Below are positions 8,381-18,095 of a stretch of 64,000 bases of DNA, piece by piece. Position 1 is the stretch's first letter; each line of letters begins with the position of its first letter. This DNA comes from a virus (lineage: Duplodnaviria > Caudoviricetes), in IMG/VR virus record IMGVR_UViG_2706795974_000001, positions 1 through 64,000 of that record. The stretch is one strand, 5' to 3'. The notes beneath the pieces were generated by a model. It was not told the origin of the DNA. It saw only the letters and a program-made list of their open reading frames with translations, and made no database searches. Position numbers and translations under genes: made by a program.

Positions 8381-11197
8381 GTGATCCCCCGCTCGATAGG
8401 AGATATAGTGAACGCAGGACTTCTCGGCCCAAACGGGCAGCCGATGGAAAAGTACCTTGAGCACGCGGGGCGACCCAAGAATCCGAAGCCGGTCGTAGGC
8501 GACGCATTCGCCGACTGGGGTGGGATGAGTCGAGACTTCATTCACCTTCCAGGTGGCGGTGTGATCGGGTTCGACACCTCCAAGCTCGGTATCAAAGACT
8601 TCCGGCGAATGCGCGAGCATTACCAGATCGGTTCCAGCCTGCATGTCCTGACGTTCATGCTCCATCAGCTGGACTGGCGCGTCGAATGCGACGACCCAAA
8701 GGTTGCCGCGTGGTGCACCGTCAACCTCGAGGCGATCTGGACTCGACTGGTCCGCGCTATGTCCACTGCCTTCGCGTTCGGCTTCTCGGCCAACGCTGTC
8801 GAGTGGGAGAACGACAGCAACGAAGGAAAGCTGCGCCTCAACAAGATCAAAGACCTTGTCCCCGAGGAGTGCGAGGTTAGCTGGAAGTATGTTGATTCAG
8901 CGATCAAGCCGAACGGAAACGTGGCGGCTCCAAAGGTTCCGATTTTCGATGGCATCTCAAAGCGGGGAACGTCCTACAAAATACCTGTAGAGAACTCGTT
9001 GTGGTATCCATTACTTATGGAGAACGGCGACTACAGGGGACGTCAACTACTGCGTGCCGCATTCCAGCCTTGGTTCTTCAGCACTCTTATTCACCTCTAC
9101 CAGAACAAGTACTTCGAGCGGTTCGGCGAGCCGGTGCCGATCGGACGTGCACCTTACAATGACAAGGTCACCAAGGACGGCAAGACCGTTTACGGCTATG
9201 ACCTCATGGCGACTATCCTCTCAAACATTCGCTCGCGCAGCGCTGTCGTTCTACCGAACTCGCGTAGCAAAGAGGGAATGAATGACCAGCCCGAGTACGA
9301 CTACCAGGTCGAGTACTTGGAGTGCGTAGACACCGAGACGGAGATTCTTACGCGCCGCGGGTGGAAGCGCTACAACGAGGTTTCCGTTGGCGACGAGGTG
9401 ATGACGCTCAACAATGATCTCGGCGTTTCGGAGTGGCAGCCGATTCAAAAGATGAACGTGCATGAGGCAAAGGATCGCACCATGCTCAGTATGGAAGGTG
9501 CGAGCCACTCTTCGCTGACCACCGAGAATCACCGCTGGCCGACGCGCTACACTACATCACAGGTGAAAGGCGGAAAGAAGTTTACTTCAGATTATCGGCG
9601 GTTCAGGCACTCGAGTGACCTGACTCTCGGTGATCGCATTCCACTGTGTGCGCCACCTGTCGATCTGCCAACCGAACAGAAGTACACAGACGCATTTGTG
9701 CAGTTGGTGGCGTGGTTCTGGACCGAGGGGTGGATTAACCAGAAGACAAAGAACTACGGCACAATCACCCAGCGTCGTCATCCTGAGATGATTCGCGCAG
9801 TTCTCAAGAGTCTTTACGGCGATCCGGTTGAGAAGTTTGATCGCAACAACTACGCGATCAAGTCGCCGCAGTGGCGCGAGTCGTCTAAGTGGACCGAGAA
9901 CTCGGGCGAAGAGATTCGAGAGTTCCACCTGAACCACACTATTATGCAGGAACTCAAGGGCGTTATGGACACAAACAAGATTGTGTCTTATGAGTTTCTG
10001 AACAGCCTTACAGAGTCACAGCTTGCTGCATACCTTCGCACGTCACTTGTGTACGCGGATGGCAACCACACCGTGCGCCAGGATTCTCTGATGCAGAAGT
10101 CTCGCGAGGCTGCTGAACGATTCCAGTACGCTTGCACTCTGTATGGAATTGCAACAACGCTGTATCACCAGAAGCCTGATGCTCGGTTCCCGAACGACAC
10201 CGGCATGTGGGTTGTGAGTATTCGCCGCAAGGAGTACTTCAATCCGCGCCAGGCCTCACAGTCGCACCGGGGCGGCAGGTTCAAGTCCGAGTGGGTAGAC
10301 TACTCTGGAATCGTCTGGTGCCCCACCACCGCGAACGCGACCTGGCTGGCCCGGCGTAATGGCACGGTGTATTTCACCGGCAACTCACAGATGCGTGGCG
10401 CGGACTTTGAGCGCTACCTGACGCGCCTCGACGAGGAGATGAGCCTTGCACTCTTTACGCCCCTTCTGCTGCTGCGGACAGCCGATGCAGGTGGATTTAA
10501 CCAGGGGGTTGCTCACACTCAAGTGTACCTGTGGATGCTCAACGCTGTGGCGGGCGACATGGCAGAGTATATCGACAAGTACGTTCTGCGGTACATGGCA
10601 ATCTACAACTTCGGTCCCAAAGCCAAGCTCCCACGAATCCGCTTTCGGAAGCTAGGCACCGCGCAGCAGGAGACCCTGCGTGCAATCGTCCAGGCGATGA
10701 TCGGCAAGGGTCAGGTCAAGCCAGATGTCACCGAGCTCGGCCAGCACATCGGCCTCACCCTCGAGGAAATTGAAGAGGTTACTGAGCCCGGTCCCGATCC
10801 AGACGCTGTAGACGAGGACGACGAAGAGCTCGGCGACAACGGCAACAAGGACGGGCGAGTCGGTCGACCTGAGCGATTGAAGGATCAGGACGGAATCAAG
10901 CCGGGGTCCACCACCAAGCAGATCAGCGCTCGTATTGCGGAACAGATTAAGCGCGCATACAAGCGGAACGATTTGCTCGATTGGAAACCGGCTCCGGGAT
11001 TCCATCGGCAATTGACGGGCGAACTACAAGCAATGGGCCACATGGACGCCCGGCGTGCGGCGTCGGTGTTCAACGACACCGTGATCGGCGTGCTGTCCGA
11101 ATCGGCAAAGTTGGACTGGTCATCGGCAGAGGAGTTCATTGCCTACGCCGAGGGCATCATCAACGCTGAAGGAGAGAAGCTCTATGCCTCTGCCTAG
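8381..11197 (+). CDS. Portal protein (Mu gp29/DUF935-like) precursor containing an intein; about 584 aa after splicing
   Basis: Follows TerL. FERFGEPVPIGR and YLTRLDEEMSLAL portal-like motifs flank a 354-aa insertion. Confidence 0.88.
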   Translation: MIPRSIGDIVNAGLLGPNGQPMEKYLEHAGRPKNPKPVVGDAFADWGGMSRDFIHLPGGGVIGFDTSKLGIKDFRRMREHYQIGSSLHVLTFMLHQLDWRVECDDPKVAAWCTVNLEAIWTRLVRAMSTAFAFGFSANAVEWENDSNEGKLRLNKIKDLVPEECEVSWKYVDSAIKPNGNVAAPKVPIFDGISKRGTSYKIPVENSLWYPLLMENGDYRGRQLLRAAFQPWFFSTLIHLYQNKYFERFGEPVPIGRAPYNDKVTKDGKTVYGYDLMATILSNIRSRSAVVLPNSRSKEGMNDQPEYDYQVEYLECVDTETEILTRRGWKRYNEVSVGDEVMTLNNDLGVSEWQPIQKMNVHEAKDRTMLSMEGASHSSLTTENHRWPTRYTTSQVKGGKKFTSDYRRFRHSSDLTLGDRIPLCAPPVDLPTEQKYTDAFVQLVAWFWTEGWINQKTKNYGTITQRRHPEMIRAVLKSLYGDPVEKFDRNNYAIKSPQWRESSKWTENSGEEIREFHLNHTIMQELKGVMDTNKIVSYEFLNSLTESQLAAYLRTSLVYADGNHTVRQDSLMQKSREAAERFQYACTLYGIATTLYHQKPDARFPNDTGMWVVSIRRKEYFNPRQASQSHRGGRFKSEWVDYSGIVWCPTTANATWLARRNGTVYFTGNSQMRGADFERYLTRLDEEMSLALFTPLLLLRTADAGGFNQGVAHTQVYLWMLNAVAGDMAEYIDKYVLRYMAIYNFGPKAKLPRIRFRKLGTAQQETLRAIVQAMIGKGQVKPDVTELGQHIGLTLEEIEEVTEPGPDPDAVDEDDEELGDNGNKDGRVGRPERLKDQDGIKPGSTTKQISARIAEQIKRAYKRNDLLDWKPAPGFHRQLTGELQAMGHMDARRAASVFNDTVIGVLSESAKLDWSSAEEFIAYAEGIINAEGEKLYASA
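9323..10384 (+). mobile_element. Intein with a LAGLIDADG homing endonuclease, inserted in the portal
   Basis: Block A CVDTETEILTRRGW; block B TTENHRW; LAGLIDADG-like LVAWFWTEGW and LRTSLVYADG; C-terminal VWCPTT..WLARRNGTVYFTGN followed by Ser. Locally lower GC (9961-10020 = 24/60). Confidence 0.93.
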
Positions 11198-13694
11198 CCT
11201 AACGGGCAACCCGGTCAAATACGGTAAGGTCACATGGACTGGCCTTGTGTCCGCAATGGACTCTCTCGATGAGGACGACAATCCAGACATCGACGCGATC
11301 ACCGGCACGATTATCTTCAAGCCGAGTGCGCCGTACCTGAAGTCTCCTTCGTCCACTCCGAAGTTCACCGTCGCACTGATGAACCGTCAGGTCAACATCG
11401 CCGACGCGCAGATTGACGAGCAGGGTCGCAAGTACATCAAGCTGGAAGCGAGCGTCGGCGATGTACAGCCCGACTCCTTCACATGGACTGCGGTGTTCAA
11501 CCTCGCATACAAGGGCGTATTCGTCACCATCCCGAACGCAACCTTCCAGCTCCTGGAAGGCCAGGAGATCGACCTCACCGACCACATCCCGCCAGCGGAC
11601 TCGGCAGCCCCGACGTCGCCAATGGTCAACGATGTATTCATCGCTCGCAGCCAGGCCGTCGCAGCCCGCGACGAGGCGATTGAGGCGCGCGACGAGGCGG
11701 TAGAAGCGGTGTCGGGCATCCCGACTGAAGTTTTGACCATACCAGTCGCCGACGCTACGTATGCCCCGACCTACGGGGCGATCCTCGCCGCCAGCTACGG
11801 GGTGTCGCCGTCGGCGACCCGCGCCGAGAACGTCGCCCGGTTGCAGGCGGCGGTGAATGCGGCGATCGCGGCGGGCACGAACCTCATCCTGCCCACCACC
11901 GGGCCGGGCGAGACGATCAAGGTCAACGGCACCGTCACCATCGGCGGCGCGGGCGGTATCGAGATTCAAACCCCGGGCCGGTGCGTGTTCGACCAGTCGG
12001 TGCGTGAAGCGGTGTTCAAGGTGTCCGCGCCGAACGTCATCATCCGGCCCGGATTCGAGTTCGTGGGCACCGGCCTGAACATGACCGGCTCGGGCGGTCC
12101 GCTGGAATACGTGCGGTTCGCCGCCGTGTGGCTCGACGGCGGCTCACACGGGGCGCGTGTCTACAACATGAAAGCCACCGGCTTCCACCGCGCCCTGCGG
12201 ATCGACGCCTCACTCACCGAAACCCCCGAGGTGGTGCCGAACCTGCGCGACATCATCGTCGACGGCGTGCTCGCTGTGGATTGCTGGACTGGTGTGTCGG
12301 TGGCCGGTGTGACCGACCTGGCGCTGTCCAACATTCGCGGCAACTACAAGAAAGCATTCGCTACCGACGACACCGACACCGCGCAGCCGCCGCACCTCAT
12401 CTACATCATCGACCGCGAATCGGTAGGCCGCCTCAACTACAACGTGTCCATCCGCCAGTGCCACGCCTGGGACGGTGCCGACGGTGCCGCCTATGCCCTC
12501 AAGGGTATTCGCGGTTACTCCTACGACGGACTGTTCGCCCGCAACTGCGAGGGCATTCTCGACCTGATCAACCTCACCGACGGCAAGGCTGGGTCGGCGG
12601 TCTCCATCGACGACGTGTATCCGGCCGCCGGGGCGCGGGCGTCGGTGGCGATCAAGAACTCTGTCCGCGCCGAGGTGCGGGCTGTGGTGACCGCCAAGAC
12701 CGGCAACTACGGACGGCTGCTATACGTGGAGGGCGGCACCGAGGACTCGTTCATCGACGTCGACCTCACCGTCAACAAGACGACCGCCGTCACCGGCAAC
12801 AACAACGGTGTTGGGCGGGTGTCGGGCAAGCGCAACGAGGTGCGGGCACGGGTCACCAACCTCGGAGCCTCCATGCAGGCCGCGCTGTCGGTGTCGTCCT
12901 CAGGGTCTGAACGCAACACCATCCACGATCCGGTCACCGCCGGTTCATTCCGGTATCCGATCGAACTGCTGCAGGGCTACAACCACGTCGTCGAATACGA
13001 CGCCCGCCGCCTGGTCCCGGATGCAGTGGCCGGGGCTGGGGCGACCTCCGTGTTTGTCGATGCCGGTGCGGTGCGCCCGCTGCTGCGCAACCGGGCCGTC
13101 GGCGACGTACTCGGCACCGGATGGTTCGACAACTTCAACCGCACCGACGGCGCCAGCCTGACCTTGACGACCGACGGGCAGGCGTACACCATGCTCAACG
13201 GCGCCAAGTTCACCACCGTGGGTAACGCTTCGTTCTGCAACCTCGCCAATATCGGGGGTGCGTTCGCGCTCCCGGCGGGGGGCACCCCGAACGGCACCTG
13301 GCGCGTCAAGATTGGTACACCCGGTGTCGGCACCGACGGGTTCGTCTTCCGCACCGACTACGCCCCAGCGGGCGGGTCGGCGTTCCCGGTCGACGGTATC
13401 CGCCTGGGCTACAACACCTCCACCTCGGATGCGAGGCCCCGGTTGCAGACCCGGCTAGGTGGGGGGTCGTGGACGACGGTGGCGACCGCACCGAATGGGA
13501 CGGCAGCGGTGGCGGGGTCGGAGTTCGTGATCACGGCCTCCGGCACGGCGATCACGGTGACGTTGGACGGTACGTCGATCTTGACCTACACCGACAACGA
13601 TCACGGGTCGCGGGTGGCCTCGGGTCTGTTCGTGAACACCCCGGCGACGGATCAGTGGAAGATCGACGAAATCCAGTTCACCCCGGCCGCCTGA
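11184..13694 (+). CDS. Virion fibre/depolymerase-like protein (beta-helix plus C-terminal lectin-like domain)
   Basis: Actinophage-like structural N-terminus, then ENVARLQAAVNAA (typical start of a pectate-lyase-like beta-helix) and repeated beta-strand motifs. C-terminal FDNFNRTDG..IDEIQF region resembles a concanavalin-like domain. AAGGAG RBS. Confidence 0.65.
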   Translation: MPLPSLTGNPVKYGKVTWTGLVSAMDSLDEDDNPDIDAITGTIIFKPSAPYLKSPSSTPKFTVALMNRQVNIADAQIDEQGRKYIKLEASVGDVQPDSFTWTAVFNLAYKGVFVTIPNATFQLLEGQEIDLTDHIPPADSAAPTSPMVNDVFIARSQAVAARDEAIEARDEAVEAVSGIPTEVLTIPVADATYAPTYGAILAASYGVSPSATRAENVARLQAAVNAAIAAGTNLILPTTGPGETIKVNGTVTIGGAGGIEIQTPGRCVFDQSVREAVFKVSAPNVIIRPGFEFVGTGLNMTGSGGPLEYVRFAAVWLDGGSHGARVYNMKATGFHRALRIDASLTETPEVVPNLRDIIVDGVLAVDCWTGVSVAGVTDLALSNIRGNYKKAFATDDTDTAQPPHLIYIIDRESVGRLNYNVSIRQCHAWDGADGAAYALKGIRGYSYDGLFARNCEGILDLINLTDGKAGSAVSIDDVYPAAGARASVAIKNSVRAEVRAVVTAKTGNYGRLLYVEGGTEDSFIDVDLTVNKTTAVTGNNNGVGRVSGKRNEVRARVTNLGASMQAALSVSSSGSERNTIHDPVTAGSFRYPIELLQGYNHVVEYDARRLVPDAVAGAGATSVFVDAGAVRPLLRNRAVGDVLGTGWFDNFNRTDGASLTLTTDGQAYTMLNGAKFTTVGNASFCNLANIGGAFALPAGGTPNGTWRVKIGTPGVGTDGFVFRTDYAPAGGSAFPVDGIRLGYNTSTSDARPRLQTRLGGGSWTTVATAPNGTAAVAGSEFVITASGTAITVTLDGTSILTYTDNDHGSRVASGLFVNTPATDQWKIDEIQFTPAA

Positions 13695-13761
13695 CCCCGC
13701 CCATATCTCCCGGTATGCCGCGCGCGGTTTGTTATTGACTCACAATAGAAAGACTGGTGCC

Positions 13762-14067
13762 ATGAAACCAGAGTCGAGACACCCACTGAGGTGTACGTGC
13801 AGAACACAGCCGCTGCTTGCTTACTACGGCAGAAACAGCAGGGGTCGGGCGTTTGTTCACGTAGCTTCATTCAAGAACAAGCGTCCGATCTCGCAGGTGT
13901 ACACCACGGCACCCATATCCGTATGGTGCCCGGTGTGCGGTAAGTGGTGGAACATCTTCGTGAAAAACGAGAAGCTCACTGCCGAAGAACGCCAGAGCGC
14001 TCCCCCGGTTCCGGAGCAAAAATCCAAATCGCGGGTATTGCTGGACAACCCGCCGAACGACCAGTAA
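13762..14067 (+). CDS. Small Zn-ribbon protein (Mu Com-like spacing)
   Basis: LRCTCRTQPLL..VWCPVCGKW; located in the head module. Confidence 0.55.
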   Translation: MKPESRHPLRCTCRTQPLLAYYGRNSRGRAFVHVASFKNKRPISQVYTTAPISVWCPVCGKWWNIFVKNEKLTAEERQSAPPVPEQKSKSRVLLDNPPNDQ

Positions 14068-14081
14068 GGTTTGGTGACATT

Positions 14082-15296
14082 ATGACCAACGCAACGCTAT
14101 CGCCCGCGCAGCGCAGGAACTGCGTCTTCGTTCGGAACCTGGGCGCCCCAGTCAAGACCTACGAGAAGAAGGTCGATGACAAGTCGGGCAACGGTGGGAC
14201 GGTAGATGCACTGATCATCGAGGGCAAGCCGATCTTCCGGAGCGGCACGTTCTCTGACAGCATGGGCATCGAGCACACGTGGGAAACCCTGCACTTGCAG
14301 CAGATGGTGGATCACGCAGCGCTCCTGTCCAGCCGTGGCATCTTCGAGGACGTGCCGGTTCGCAAGGGTCATCCCGACTGGGGTGGACTGTTCAGCGATC
14401 CCGTCCGCAATGCGATGGACGAGCTCATTGGGTACATGGGCAACTTCCGAACGGAAGAGAGGGTCAACCCAGCCGACGGTCAGACCTACACATACTTGCT
14501 CGCAGACCTCGAAATTCTCGAAGAGAACGCGATCAAGAACATCAAGAGCGGTCTGTGGCGGAACGTCTCCGCTGAGATCAGCACATACGTCACCAACGGG
14601 AACGCAGAGTACTGGCCAGTCATGTACGGGGTGGCCTACGTAGACATCCCGGCTGTCGAAGGGCTCAAGTCTCAGCACTCGAAGGCGGCGAATCAGTTCA
14701 GCATCATCCTGGAGGAAGACATGGGACAGACGCCCAACAACCCGAACCCGCCGGTCCCCGGCGCTGGCGAGGCAAGCAGCGAGGGGAACAACAACACCGT
14801 GAGCAGCCACAGCGCCCCGGCTCAGCAGCCCTTCGCGTTCAGCATCGGCGGCAAGACGACCACCGACTTCGCTGCCGTGCAGGCACACATCAACACCCTC
14901 GAGACCAGCATCGCCGGGCTCGAGCAGTTCAAGCGCGAGTCCCTCGAGGCTGGGCGCGTCGCCTACGTCAAGTCGCTGATCGACGCCAACAAGGTGCCGG
15001 CCACCGAGGAGGCGAAGTTCATCGAGTACGCCAAGAAGCAGACCGAGGAAGGCTTCGCCGAGTGGAAGTCCATGATGGACTCCATTCCGGCCATGTCGAT
15101 CACCGCCAAGCAGGGCGCGGGCTTCTCGCAGAGCCCCGAGCAGACCCAGCAGGTTGACGCGACCGCCGAGCGGATCGACGTTCTGAAGTCCATCGTGGCA
15201 TCGCACTCGATGGGCAACCGCATGACGAAGGAGCAGATCATGGAGCAGCCTTCGTACAAGGAGCTCAAGCAGCTCGACCCGAGCTTCGTCCTCTAG
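14082..15296 (+). CDS. Capsid maturation protease/scaffold (Mu I/Z-like)
   Basis: WRNVSAEI..GVAYVDIPAVEGL protease-like motif followed by a helical scaffold region; directly upstream of the decoration and capsid genes. Confidence 0.8.
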   Translation: MTNATLSPAQRRNCVFVRNLGAPVKTYEKKVDDKSGNGGTVDALIIEGKPIFRSGTFSDSMGIEHTWETLHLQQMVDHAALLSSRGIFEDVPVRKGHPDWGGLFSDPVRNAMDELIGYMGNFRTEERVNPADGQTYTYLLADLEILEENAIKNIKSGLWRNVSAEISTYVTNGNAEYWPVMYGVAYVDIPAVEGLKSQHSKAANQFSIILEEDMGQTPNNPNPPVPGAGEASSEGNNNTVSSHSAPAQQPFAFSIGGKTTTDFAAVQAHINTLETSIAGLEQFKRESLEAGRVAYVKSLIDANKVPATEEAKFIEYAKKQTEEGFAEWKSMMDSIPAMSITAKQGAGFSQSPEQTQQVDATAERIDVLKSIVASHSMGNRMTKEQIMEQPSYKELKQLDPSFVL

Positions 15297-15332
15297 GTTC
15301 GCGGCCACCCACAACAAGAAGGAAGATACACG

Positions 15333-15803
15333 ATGGCTGATTTCGTGAAGGGCCGCGAAGAGTACGCGGTCCACGGCAAGCGAAACATCCTGCGCCACGC
15401 GCACCCCGGCAGCTACACGGTCCAGTCGAAGACCATCTCGCACGAAGCCTTCCCGGTCGCCGAGGATGCTGACGGCAACCCCGACTACGTCCTGCAGGAG
15501 GGCGAGGTTCTCGCCGTGCTGACCTCCGGCGCCCATGCGGGCAAGGTAGTTCCGTTCCAGCTCGACGGTACCGAAGCCTTCACCGACGGTCGCTCGACCA
15601 CGGACAACCTGGTCGGCGTCTGCAAGGACTACTTCGGCTGGGAGCTGTCCGAGCGCGACGTGGAGGCTGGCGTCCTGAATCGCGGCCACCTGGTTCAGGC
15701 CTGGTGCACCATCCGCGACGCGGACGGCAATCGGGTCGCCCTGACCAACACGGTCGCCGATGCGCTCCGTGGCAAGAAGAACCTCGACATCCTCTTCTCG
15801 TAA
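15333..15803 (+). CDS. Head decoration protein
   Basis: Sits between protease and capsid; VLQEGEVLAV..GKVVPF..LVGVC pattern; size fits. Confidence 0.7.
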   Translation: MADFVKGREEYAVHGKRNILRHAHPGSYTVQSKTISHEAFPVAEDADGNPDYVLQEGEVLAVLTSGAHAGKVVPFQLDGTEAFTDGRSTTDNLVGVCKDYFGWELSERDVEAGVLNRGHLVQAWCTIRDADGNRVALTNTVADALRGKKNLDILFS

Positions 15804-15815
15804 GGAGACATACAA

Positions 15816-17015
15816 GTGACCGCATCACTGGGCATGTTCAACAAGCCCCAGCCGTCCGCCCACGGAGCGCAGCCGCTGGACAAGCTGATCCGCAAGGAGG
15901 TGGCACTCGGCGTCATCAAGGAGATCGTGAAGCCCGAGGATCACATCGGACTCACCCTCTTCCCCTTCAAGGAAGTCCCGACCGACGACTACATCTTCTC
16001 GTACGTCAAGGGTCTGACAACCGGCCTGGCCCCCGCCATCGCCGAGTCGGCCGAGTCAGAGCTCGCCCAGAAGGACAGCGGGCTCGCCAACCAGGGCCGT
16101 GCGTCGATCATCGACTGGCGACTCAAGGACCACTACGACGCCGCCGACGTGCAGCGCTTCCTGGACCTGCAGCTCCTGGCCGAGGCGAATCAGTTCGGCC
16201 CGTACGGCCTGCCGAACACCCTGATGGGTGACGTCAACCAGCTTCCGCAGCGCATCCAGCGTGACACCGAGGAGCGCCGTCGCCGCCTCGACAACCGAGC
16301 TGAATGGCTGATCATGCAGTCGCTCAGCAATGGCGGCATCGCCTACAACGACGGCAACATCAAGTTCTCCGTCGACTGGAAGCGCCCCGCCGATCAGCAG
16401 GCACAGGCACCCGCCTCGGGCACTTACGCAGGCACCACGCACGATCCCATCGGCGACATCAACAAGATCAAGCGACTGATCTACAACCGCTACGGCGTCC
16501 TGATCACTCGCGCGATCTGCTCGAACAAGTTCCTGCTGAGCCTCGTCAACTCGGACAAGTTCATCCTCCGGGCCGGTCTGGGCACCGCCAGCAACTCGGG
16601 CATTTCGCAGTCGGACATCCCGTACCTCATCAACGGCTGGGGTCCGCAGGTTGCAATCGACATTGTCGAGCAGCAGACCGGCGTGAAGTTCATCGAGTAC
16701 GATTCGGGCTACCGCAGCAAGCCCGACTTCGCGCAGGGTCCGGTGACCTTCAACCGCTACCTGCCGGAGAACCGGGTCATCTTCCTGCCGGACGACAACG
16801 CGATGGCCGAGTACGACTCGTCGGACATCGGCCTCGGCAAGATGCTGACCAGCCCGCACAGCATGGGCAACGGTAGCGCGGGCTTCTACATGTGGGAGCA
16901 GGACACCACCGACCCGTGGGGCAAGAACATCGGCACCGGCATCAAAATGTTCCCCCTCTTCCCTCACATGGAGCTGACGTACACGATGGACGTCACGCTT
17001 CCGTCCGATCTCTAA
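15816..17015 (+). CDS. Major capsid protein (HK97 fold, gpE-like)
   Basis: 399 aa, strongly biased codon use and AAGGAG RBS. RRRRLDNRAEWLIMQSL and DPIGDI motifs; synteny. Confidence 0.88.
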   Translation: MTASLGMFNKPQPSAHGAQPLDKLIRKEVALGVIKEIVKPEDHIGLTLFPFKEVPTDDYIFSYVKGLTTGLAPAIAESAESELAQKDSGLANQGRASIIDWRLKDHYDAADVQRFLDLQLLAEANQFGPYGLPNTLMGDVNQLPQRIQRDTEERRRRLDNRAEWLIMQSLSNGGIAYNDGNIKFSVDWKRPADQQAQAPASGTYAGTTHDPIGDINKIKRLIYNRYGVLITRAICSNKFLLSLVNSDKFILRAGLGTASNSGISQSDIPYLINGWGPQVAIDIVEQQTGVKFIEYDSGYRSKPDFAQGPVTFNRYLPENRVIFLPDDNAMAEYDSSDIGLGKMLTSPHSMGNGSAGFYMWEQDTTDPWGKNIGTGIKMFPLFPHMELTYTMDVTLPSDL

Positions 17016-17024
17016 GGAGGAGAT

Positions 17025-17219
17025 ATGGCGAACAAGAGCACGGTCGTCTTCCGCAAGAAGGGTGCACGCGGTGGAGTGAACCCCGGCACCGCTGGCACGA
17101 ACGCAGGGCTCCTGCCCTACGGCGCGCAGACCGGCGGGCAGTCCAGCGCCGATCCGGTCAAGTCGGTGAAGGCGATGCAGGACAAGAACCGACGCGCCAT
17201 CGGCTACGGCCAGCGCTGA
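17025..17219 (+). CDS. Small basic hypothetical protein
   Basis: AAGGAGG RBS; biased codons. Confidence 0.75.
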   Translation: MANKSTVVFRKKGARGGVNPGTAGTNAGLLPYGAQTGGQSSADPVKSVKAMQDKNRRAIGYGQR

Positions 17220-17225
17220 GAACCC

Positions 17226-17263
17226 GTCCAGCCAGGGTTCACCCCCGCGACCCCTGGCTGGAC
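17226..17263 (+). terminator. 12-bp hairpin after the capsid genes (terminator or mRNA stabiliser)
   Basis: GTCCAGCCAGGG-N14-CCCTGGCTGGAC; no U-tract. Confidence 0.55.
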
Positions 17264-17285
17264 GCCCTCACCTTCAAGGAGAATC

Positions 17286-17570
17286 ATGGCAGAGAACGAA
17301 GTGACCATCGAAGCCGAGACCGAGGAAGGTCTGGCCATCGGTCGGCCCGACAATCCCGAAGCCGCCGTCGAGGCCGACAAGCCGGTCTACTCGGACGAGG
17401 AGCGTGACGAGTACGCACGCTTCGGCGCGACCCCGCTGCCCGAGGCTGGCTCGTTCGGAGCAACCCTCGAGTCCGACAAGGACGAAGAGGTCAAGGAAGA
17501 GAAGAAGCCGGAGCCAAAGAAGTCGAGCACCCCCTCGACCCCGACTCCGCCGTCGAGCCCGAAGGCCTGA
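17286..17570 (+). CDS. Acidic hypothetical protein
   Basis: AAGGAG RBS; biased codons. Confidence 0.75.
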   Translation: MAENEVTIEAETEEGLAIGRPDNPEAAVEADKPVYSDEERDEYARFGATPLPEAGSFGATLESDKDEEVKEEKKPEPKKSSTPSTPTPPSSPKA

Positions 17571-17576
17571 TAAAGG

Positions 17577-18095
17577 ATGCCGACTAACCGCGCAGTGTAC
17601 TGCACTGATGCTGCTATTAAGACGCACGTGCAGAACATCAAGCTGCCTACAGGTGTAACCTGGGACAGCCTTGCCGAGACCGCCTCGAATGAGGTGGACT
17701 CGAATCTCGGTGTGCGGTACGTCACTCCAATTCAGGTTTCGGCCAATGATCCGACGCAGAAGGCCGCCGCCTACTGGCTACAGAATGTGACCAGTATGGT
17801 GGCGGCCGGGCGTCTGATGCTTTCTATTGCAGCACCCGGTTCGCAGGACACCGCCAACAGTTACGGTCAGTACCTGCTGCGTAACGCGCAGCAGTTGATG
17901 AACGACGTAATCAGTGGCAAGGTAGACCTCCCGGGCGCAGAGGAAGTCCCCGCGAATGGCTCGACCATTCAGGGTCCGACCGTCCTCAACCAAGATGCTT
18001 TCTCCCAGGTGGACTTGTTCTACGACAACTTCATGCCTGAAGGAATTGTGCCAGGCCGCACAGTGCGACCGGGAGGTACGCCGTGGCCGATGTGA
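17577..18095 (+). CDS. Head-to-tail adaptor (Mu gp36-like)
   Basis: YCTDAAI..ASNEVDSNLGVRYVTPI..MNDVISGKVDL pattern; synteny. Confidence 0.7.
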   Translation: MPTNRAVYCTDAAIKTHVQNIKLPTGVTWDSLAETASNEVDSNLGVRYVTPIQVSANDPTQKAAAYWLQNVTSMVAAGRLMLSIAAPGSQDTANSYGQYLLRNAQQLMNDVISGKVDLPGAEEVPANGSTIQGPTVLNQDAFSQVDLFYDNFMPEGIVPGRTVRPGGTPWPM

